NCBI GenBank assembly: GCA_003971905.1
Contig: RSEE01000004.1
Location: 434,001-498,000, forward strand
DNA length: 64,000 nucleotides
Source of the DNA: Moniliella sp. 'wahieum'
Taxonomy: Eukaryota
Direction of reading: 5' to 3'
Shown here one piece after another: positions 55,536 through 64,000 of this stretch. The translations under genes and the position numbers were made by a program. Positions within the stretch are counted from its first letter, which is position 1, and each line of letters starts with the position of its first letter. Under the pieces are notes generated by a model. That model was given only the letters and a program-made list of their open reading frames with translations, was not told the DNA's origin and did no database searches.

Positions 55536-58500
55536 TCAGAAAGAGAAGACACTGCGTGAGCGCGAGCGTGAAGCCGAGCCGAGTAGCAGATAACTCAAGG
55601 ACGAAGCCAGGAACAGGCCCACGGTCATACCCATCGCGGTCGTAATCAGACTCTCGGCGACACGAAAGCCATTGGAAAACGTCGTCTCGGTTGTTGTCGA
55701 GTCATTAGACTGTGCAAACAAAAGCAGCCTTGCCCGTGAGCCATGCCCGATGGAAGCTGATACAGCATCCCCGGTACGCTCACCGTAAACGAACGGCCAT
55801 TGGCAAATCGACCGTACACATTGCCCAAAAAGGCGACCGTCAACGATCCAAACATCGCAAGCAAATCTGCCCGATTCGACAACAGCGGTCGCAACGCGGT
55901 AAAATGCGATACACACCACCCAGCAATCGAGATGATGAGAAGAATGGGGTACTCGCGTGTGCGCAACGTGGCCTGGTTGCGCAACGCCAGGCCCGTGGTG
56001 TAGGCTGGCACGGTCAAGAATGCCCACCAGTACCCGACCCCATTTCTCCACCATTGCCCCGGGTGGTTTTGCAACGACGAGCAGTTGGCCATCTGGGGAG
56101 GCAAGTTGACTGGTTGGCCCGAGCACAGGGTCCAGACAGCCGAGCCAAGGGAGACGCCAAAACCGAGAAACAGACTGTTCAGGACCCCGAACGCCATCCG
56201 AATGGCACCGGGGACAATGCTGCGACGACTCTGAGCCTCGAGCGAGGCAAAGAGGTAGGTGAGGGAAGGCAAGATCAAAACGATCGAGCCCCCCAGCGCA
56301 GCCGAGGAGCAAAAGTAACCCTTGCCGTTTTGAAACACGGCCGAGGTAATGAAAGAGTTGACTCCGGCCACCAACAGCTCCATCCCTGTGGTAGAGTCGG
56401 ACGTGAAAAACAGCTGACAGGCCACAACCAGCGCGCCCAGTACGCCCGCCAGCATCGCGTCAATCGGGCTGCCGCTGAAACCCATGGGTCCCAGAGTAAT
56501 GCTCGCTGAGCAAAGCGCACCCACAAGAATAAGCTTAACGCGTCCAAGGTGAGGCGGAGAGCACATCAGCTCATCGAGATGGATGCTGGCTTCCTGCACT
56601 CCAATTTGGTCGTGTATCACGGCCCAGTACAGATCGTGGGTGGAGGATAAGCGAGTCAGATCAAGGGTAGGCGCTTGCTTGATGATGTGTTGCTCACTGG
56701 TGTGAGTGAACGTGTCTTGGAAAGAAATAAGAAGCATTTGCGGTAGAAAGACACATTGGCAATTGACGTCCAACACTCTCGCCGTTTTCAGTACTTGAAC
56801 ATCAATCCGATGCGGCGGAGCTCCAAACATGAGCAAGCATCGAGTCAGCTTGAGGAGGAAGTCTTGACGCTCCAGCAATGCCGCCACATGGCGTGTGATC
56901 TGTCATTCAAGGCCAAAAGAGCAGATACGATCAGTCCGGTTCGTTCTCATTAGGGGAAAAAAGAGACGTACATAAACTCGCTCGCGCTTCATCAGATTCT
57001 TACGCTTTTAATCTTTTTCCTCCAAGCCCGACGAGAATCTAAATTGTCCTTCGAATCAAGCTCTGACCCAAAAGCGATGGAGGAACCTGGCGCGAGAGTT
57101 TGCGCGCGCGAGTAAGGGGGAATGGGAAGACCAAAGTAGTCCCCTGATCCCCAACTCGAACCGGCGGCAGCCGATGTGCTAGGCAGGCGAGGCAAAAGGG
57201 TTGCCCATCTCGGCAGGAGAAGGACCACTCCAAGATCCAAATGCATCCCCCGATCGAGACGGGGTATAGTCTTGGCCACCGTTGAGGGAGAAGTCCACTT
57301 CAGGTGAGGTCGCTGACAAGCTTGATTTCCCCATAGCGATGAGTGTATTGGACGAGGAAGCAAAGGGGGCGCTAGAGGAACTTTTTCTCCCGCGATAGGG
57401 GGTAGTAAGAGTGGTTTGAGAAGGGTTATTGGGCAAGAGGGGCGTTCCAGGCATACTGCCCGTGGCGGTCGAACCAGCCAAGCCAGCGGGACGTTTGAGC
57501 ATTGGGTAGAGCCCCGTCGTACCCGATAAAGAGGAGCGCCCATGGATGGAAGGTGGAGGTGCACTGGCTTCGGCAAGAATTTGGCGGGTATGCTGGAGCG
57601 TGCGTGCATTCATCTCGGGCAAAACGTATCGGTCCAACTTAAATCCGGGCCTGTTGGGTGCAGCACCCAAGGTAGAGTGTAGTGGACTGACACTGCCAAT
57701 CAAACTGCCCGTAGAGGCCACCAGTGCGCCAAACACACCAGCCCCACTCCGGGCCGCTTGGGGACGCTCAATCATCTCGAGGTAACCGGGACCAAATCCT
57801 AGGCTGTTCATCCCGCGCCTGGCGAGCTGAAGAAACGTGCCCTGTTGATCAGCCTCCTCGCCCTCAGTCTCCGCAGGCATTCTTTGGACTGAGGGGGAAG
57901 GGGGAGAGGAGAAGGGGGAGTTCGCGGTGCATGTGTTCCTCTTGACCGTCCCAGTCACTCAAGCCACTGGTAATCTCAGAAGTAGTGGCATGTGAGAAAC
58001 TGGTAGAGCCAGCATGGACTGGCCCTTGCGCTCTTGTTCGTACAGCATCAAAAGCGAAGCCAAGACCCCACTTCCATGAGGTAGCGCATCTTTGCTTTGC
58101 ACACCCGATCTAGGGTGCGCTAAGGAGCCCTTTGGAGCCCAGTCCCCATCATCAGGTGTGAAGTGGTTGGCCGTGGTGGTGGTGGTGGGCGGCGAGCTGG
58201 AAATGGACAGGCCTGGCGAATTGAAATTGTGCAATAGGCTGCCGCGCGCCGCTCATATTTACCGCGCTCCATTGACGGACGCCGACGGCCCTTGGCCGAG
58301 CCTGGGGCTGAGACAGAAGGCGGGGGGTTGGGGGGAAGATGCTTCTTGTTGGTCGGACCAAAGGGTGCACTCCATCGTAGCTTGGACTTCCCCTTGCCCG
58401 CTCTCTTGTGATGGTGAAGCAACTGGGTCTCCATATCATCATCCGTCTCTTCGGCCATGTCGTCCGGGAGGCCGTCCATCTCCCCATAAAAATGTCAATG

Positions 58501-58803
58501 TGGTGGGTTTGGGGTTGGGACGAGCGGGGCACCTGTTTCCCCGTGGAGGTAGGCGATTTGGGACAGGGGAGGGTATTAGGATGCAAACGGTACGGACCAT
58601 CGGTAAATGAGGAAACGTGGTGATCTCCACGATCGTTGAGGACACCAAACTCGCTTCTTGCTTCTTGCTCCGAAACGAAAGGGTTCACCGTTGCTCTGCG
58701 CCGCCTATCGTCGATGGTGCCTCATCCTTACTCTGGATGGAGGCGCGTGGTGGGACAGAGATCGCATCTCAACCGTCTCAGTGTCGGTGGGTGGGATGCT
58801 CAT
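55536..58803 (-). CDS. PRM10: Prm10 / ThrE (DUF1212) family membrane protein
   Basis: SGVLASLLMLY, SGAGVFGALVAS, RQDFLLKLTRCLLMFGAPPHRI, GAIRMAFGVLNSLFLGFG, GNVYGR and ITTAMGMTVGLF. Intron at about 56904-56970. Confidence 0.9.
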
Positions 58804-60435
58804 CTTGGTACCCCCAAGCGAGGCAGATGCCCTTCGGGAAGGCAAGTCAAGGTGCAAGGGACCCGGTTTCTTAGCTCTTTCGAGGCCAAGCGAATGAGAA
58901 TGGTCTTGTTGCTGCGCACGCCCCCAGTTCGATTCACTACAGCCACCTGGGGATGCAAGAATGCGAGGTGTTGACAAAGCCGGCTGGGACGATGAAGCGG
59001 AGGGATGTCGGCCTACGTCGGCGATGCGACAGGTGGGCTGTTGGGTACAGTCTCTGATGGCGCGGGACGCAAACGCACCGATGGCCCGGTGCGTACCAGG
59101 GGTGGCTCCCACCGCACGCGTGCTGCTGGAACCGAAATACCCGTGGCTCCGCCGTGTTGTAGGATGGGAGCGGCAGCCCGAGCCGGCCTGTGGGGTACGT
59201 CCGCAGGCATAGGGAGAGCTTGAAGACGCCCCGGATAGACGGGGCTCCAAAAGGAGAGAGAGGAGGGTGTTGGGGGGGGTGGAGAGGACTGGGGGCTGAG
59301 AGAGAGATCCGAGATGCATTTGCAGGAGGGCATCGAGGGTTGCGCACGCGCGAGTCCACCACACAGGACAGGCGGCTGTAAGCGGCTGCAGCATCACCGA
59401 AGTTCTGTGCTTTGGATGGGTTAGTGGTGCAGGGTTTTCTGTCGCACACTGGCTGTTTCTGCTGCGCGCTCTTCTGCCTCGCTCGCCTTGTTCGGCTCAG
59501 CACCCGCACGGCGCCAGTCGTGCCTTGGCGTTTGCTCGCCCTCGTCCAACACTGTGGTGGCGCCAGTCGCTCCACCCGGGCGCAGGACCAGTGTGTGCGG
59601 TCCCTCTGCGCCAGTACCCAGAGCCTGCCGCTCTCGATATGGCTTCACGCATCCACTCAGTTGCCGGCCCGCCTGAATGTCTTGGCGCCCTTTCGAGAGC
59701 GCCTGCCGATCCATCGCCCCTGCTGCTTTGCCCCCGGGGGGTCCAAGATAACGCTACCAAAGTAAGAGAATGCGAGCGAAAAGCTATGCATATCTCGCAC
59801 GCTAAAAGTATAATGTTGTGGTTTTGGTTACCACAATTAAGCAGTACTCACGCCCACTGTGGACTCGCACGTCTGCTTGTATTAAGCAGTTGGGCCGCCA
59901 GGGCGTCTGCGTCCCCTGGCTCTTTTCGTCAACACTCTCCTCGATTAGGAAGCAGGGGGGGCTCTGTGTGGATTCACATACCAGCACACAACAGGAGTGT
60001 TGTGTGGGTTTGAATTGGCACGCAAGCGACAACCCTTTTTCCTAGCGGCAATGAAGGCCCAGGGTAAGTATTACAATGCAAACATCACCGGTGTTGAGTT
60101 CTTCATCACCGTTCCTTCTTCATTATTGTCCAACCACCTGGTGGAGGGCGGGTCAGAGGCAGCCACCTTAACAATCAAGTAAAACAAGTAGAAGAATGGC
60201 AAATAACAACTCTGCTACTATAAGTACACATTATCGGCCACACCCGACATACAATAGAGACGTGTTGGACATAAATTTGCATTCTTTTGGGGGGGTACGT
60301 CTGTGCCGATGATAGAGGATCCCACCCACTGCTGGGACCAAGGCGCTCTGAGGTCGGGGTTGATCGAGATCATAGCAAAGATAGGGCAAAGTGAACGTTG
60401 GTGGGAAGGGGGGGCAGAGGCCAACGCCGCTCTTC

Positions 60436-63400
60436 TCAACGCATGTGCGAGACGAGCTGTTTGATCCCCACGCATGCCCGTTGCAGATCCCCAGACACAA
60501 TCGTGGCCAATTGAACGTGAATGTCAAGCAGCAGGTGCGTTGCGCGCCACGATCGCCTTGCACAGCTCGTGTAGCAACGCAATCACCGGTTCCGGCACAA
60601 TTTCATTGTTGATTGCGTCCAGCAGAACCCCAATCCGTCCGTCGACATCATCGGCAATCCGCTTGGGCACGCCACTGGCTCGGAACTTGGCTACTTCGCC
60701 GCTCAAGACACCAACGATAGGCTTGTGGGCCGGAGGCACATGCGACCGGTCCCCGGGGGTACTTCAGACCCGGCGCGAGGGGCGTCGTGGGCTGTGGAGG
60801 TGCTCCAGCACCATTCCCCGGGGGGGGCCGCGCCGACGCCCGGGAGGCCAGGGGTGCCCATCCGCGCAAGGCCCTGCGGTGGCGGCGGGACAAAGCCCGG
60901 GGGACCACCGTTCAGGTGGGGCGTGGGTGGAGCAAAGCCCGGGCAGGGTTGGGACGGAAGCCGTTGGCACCGCCCTGCGGTCCCATCGATGGCGGTGGCG
61001 CATACGGGTTGGGCTGGGGTGGACCCATGGGCGTCCTCGCTCGGAGAGGTGGGGAAAGCAGACCTGGCCCCGCCGCATGGTTAAGACCGCCCCGTGGCGG
61101 ACCCGTCGGCCCACCGCGCATCGAACCCGCAGGTGAGCCAGGCACAGGCATGCCCGGGGTACGCGCACGCATGGGAGGACCCATGGGCGGCCCACCGAGA
61201 GCAGGCGAAGCAGTAGACACCCCGGGTTCAACCCCCGGGTGGGCCCTGCGGAGGGCCCATCGGTGGTTGCCCGGGTGCCGCGACGGCAGGCATGTTGGGG
61301 AAAGGAGCCGTGATCGGAGCGGCACGATGCCCCATCCCACTTGCTGGACGCCGGGCAGCGAGTGTCGGGATGTCGTTCCATCCGCTCACATCTCGCTTGG
61401 GAGGCGGCGCAGCGGGCGTGGCGCGGCCTGGGCTGCCAAAGTTTGAGCAGTCGTCGGCGGTGGGGGCACAGAGGCGCCATAGGGTGTTGCACTGTACGGG
61501 GCAGCAAACGAGGTGACGGGCGAGCCCACTCCTGGTGCAGGTGCGTACGGGTTGGACGGGTTGGACTGAACAGCATACGGGTCCGACGCTGTGGCGACAG
61601 GGGGTTCAACCGTGGGCACCATAGGGGCCACAGGCGCATAGGGACTGGCCCCACTTGATGCCGGCACGGCAGGTTGGGCCGGAGTAGGGGGGGCGTAACC
61701 TCCTCCATACCCACCGTTTGCCATAGCCGGGGCTGTGGGGCGGGCGGCGCGTACAGGGAAGGGGCGGGGGCAGCTCCATATGCGTTGGCTCTGGGCGCCA
61801 ACGAAGACTGCCCGTACCCGGCCGCGGTACTAGCCATCCCCTTGGCCTGGAGTAGCTCGAGAGCAGTATCGGCTCCCTTGAGGGACAAATACCCAGCTGG
61901 GGTGCGCTGGAGGAACGAAGCCGCGGCATCCATCAAACCCTGGTCAGCGAGTAGGTTGACGTACTCCAGAATACGATCATAAAGTGGGGCAAGCTTGTAT
62001 CCGTGCTCCGGCACCATGCCAGCAGCATTTTGCAAGTCCACATCCACATATCCCACAGCCGATTCAAAGACCATAATTTTCTCAATGAACGCTTGCAACG
62101 CCTCGGCATGGGCCGAAGAGGCGCCGCGCTGAGAATAGGCCGGGTCCAAGGAACCATTCTGAGCAGCGGCAAGGATGGCAGCCTCCTGTTCTGCCATCTC
62201 GTCGCCCCAAATTTGCGCCATCTTTTCCAGTCTGCCAGAGGCGAGGTAGCAGACCGTAGCATTCTTACGGGCGTCCGGGGCTTGACCAGAATAGTAAAGG
62301 TCCTCTAACCGTTGGCCCAGCGCCTCAGCGAGCACGCCAAAGTCCTCCGATTTGGCGTAAGTGCACAGCACAACAAAGGTCTCTTGCCAGTCGGCCAAGT
62401 CGGCATAGGCCACCACGTCCCCAAGGTCTTCGGAGACGATGGACTGGTACACGCGCAAGAAGGGGCTTGTGCCACTGTTCTTGGCGAAGTAAACCGACTG
62501 AGTTCTGGCCAACAGTTCATCCCCACCACGGACGGCAAGGAGGATAGCGTCTGCATACCGCTCCACTGATAGACACAGAGATACCGCGCTCTCAAAGTCA
62601 CCCAAGATCAAAGCACGCGTAATATCCTGGTCCACGGAACTCTCATGGGCAGGGTAGATGGAGAAGGGTCCTTTCTCGGCCACTGTCGAGGACACATCCT
62701 TCGTAACAGGAGCAGCAGGAGCAGAAACTTGGGGGGCAGCACCCAAGTTGTCGAAAAAGTCTTCGCCGCCATTTGCATCACGATCGGAGAAAGGATCAGG
62801 TTGGGGTGGAGGTGCAACAATTCGTCTTGAACCGCGGCTCCGCACTTGGACCCAACAGGTCGCCCATGGTCGCTCTAGCTTGTCCAGGGCAGGGACAATC
62901 TTTTGTTCCAGGTCTTGCTTGGTCACACCAAGAAGAGTGATGAGTTCGTCTCGTGCACCCGAATTGAAGAGAGTTTGGAGGGCGGCCCAGTTCGACACCT
63001 CCTCGGGGTTGGAGCCATCGGTCTCGGCAGTTGGCCTTGCTCAAGCAAACTCGGCCAGGGTGCCGCTTGCTACGGCTTGCTGCAGTCTTTCGGCCCGTTC
63101 CACAATCCCAGGCTCAGTGACGACTTGACGGATGTGCACACCAGAACGATTGGGGTGTACTGAAACGAGCTGCCCACCAAAGAGAAGGCGGCCGCGATCG
63201 GACGCTTGAGCCATTTGGGAGGCTGAACCAATGACACACCGGCAATGTCGGAGCGGTGACGCTTGGGAGGTTATTGAAAAAGTCGTTGTCGTCCACAGCA
63301 GCAGCTTGCTCGTGCTCCCGGCGGCAGCCGCGGCAGTTTCGTCATTCTCGATTGAGTGGAGAGAGTGCACGCCAATCTGGCCGTCAAAGCTGGCTTTGCG

Positions 63401-64000
63401 ATCAGGTTAGGATCGCGTGGGCACCATTGGGCTTCAAAGGTCCAGTTGGTACTGGGCGAGAGCTCGCCCACATTTTGACCGGTTTGGGGGTTCCAGAGCA
63501 AAGTACGGTTGTCCTTGCCGCACGATACAAGCAGATCCTCATCTGCCATGCACCACCCAACAGACAAAATTCCCCTCGTGTGGCCCTGGAGAATCACTTC
63601 AGGAGCGTGAGCATTGCGCAGATTCCAGACCGAAATGACGGGGTTGGCATCATCTTCACTAGCGGTAACGAGACGAGTGGCAGTGCGCGGGTCCCAGGCG
63701 ACAGAACTAGTACCAGCCGAACGTGCGCCAGGCGCGCTAAAGGCGCTACCAGCTGGGCCAGCACCGCCATAGGTCAGGCAAGATACCTCGGATTTGTTAC
63801 GCAGGTCCCATACCACCGTATTACCACTGTTGGAAGCCGAAGCAAGAATAGGAGGAACTTTATTGTTCCAGGCGAGAGCGGTGATGTCGCCGAGCTTGGC
63901 TGAACGCTCTCCTGGAGAGTAGGCCTGGCGCGGGTCATGCAAATCCCAAATGTAGATCTCACCGTTGATGCCACCCGAACCGAGAAGATTGGGAGAAAGC
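60436..64000 (-). CDS. SEC31: COPII outer coat protein Sec31 (5' part lies beyond the window)
   Basis: WD40 repeats (ITALAWNNKVPPILAS, AWDP..ATRLVTASEDD, WCPRDP), ancestral coatomer element ITRALILGDFESAV..ADAILLAV, a Pro-rich linker and C-terminal KRIADDVDGRIGVLLDAINN..IHVQL..GIKQLV. Confidence 0.95.

Noticed and set aside
51043..58803. Mating-type locus suggested by adjacent STE23 and PRM10
   Set aside because: No pheromone receptor, homeodomain gene or CAAX pheromone precursor was seen, and both genes have general functions.

Overview
This is eukaryotic, GC-rich fungal DNA with short GT-AG introns and CTRAC/CTAAC branch points. Gene content and low intron density suggest a basidiomycete, possibly Ustilaginomycotina-like (inference). 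About 20 ordinary protein-coding genes can be recognised: Med1-like (partial), Cus2/Tat-SF1, Rio1, an acidic EEPK-repeat protein, an expansin-like DPBB protein, a RasGEF, an Odc-type mitochondrial carrier, a histidine-phosphatase-like protein, HbrB/Bit61, an NCS1 permease, an HSP20-like protein, Tsc1, a MYST acetyltransferase, Hgh1, a PAC1-like protein, a small membrane protein, Ste23/IDE, Prm10 and Sec31 (partial). Most genes are split across frames by single-base indels, most likely sequencing or assembly errors, so CDS coordinates are approximate spans. The most unusual accessory element is a Ty1/copia relic at about 44.8-47.5 kb. Its apparent order is permuted: RNaseH-like tail, then a single LTR-like segment, then a long open gag and a broken protease. 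Other oddities are a probable pseudo-phosphatase, a MARCKS-like acidic protein, a candidate Helitron 3' end, a small secreted ORF and palindrome-rich intergenic DNA. No tRNA, rRNA or CRISPR array was found, and no novel system can be claimed with confidence. All family assignments are by motif recognition, not database search.
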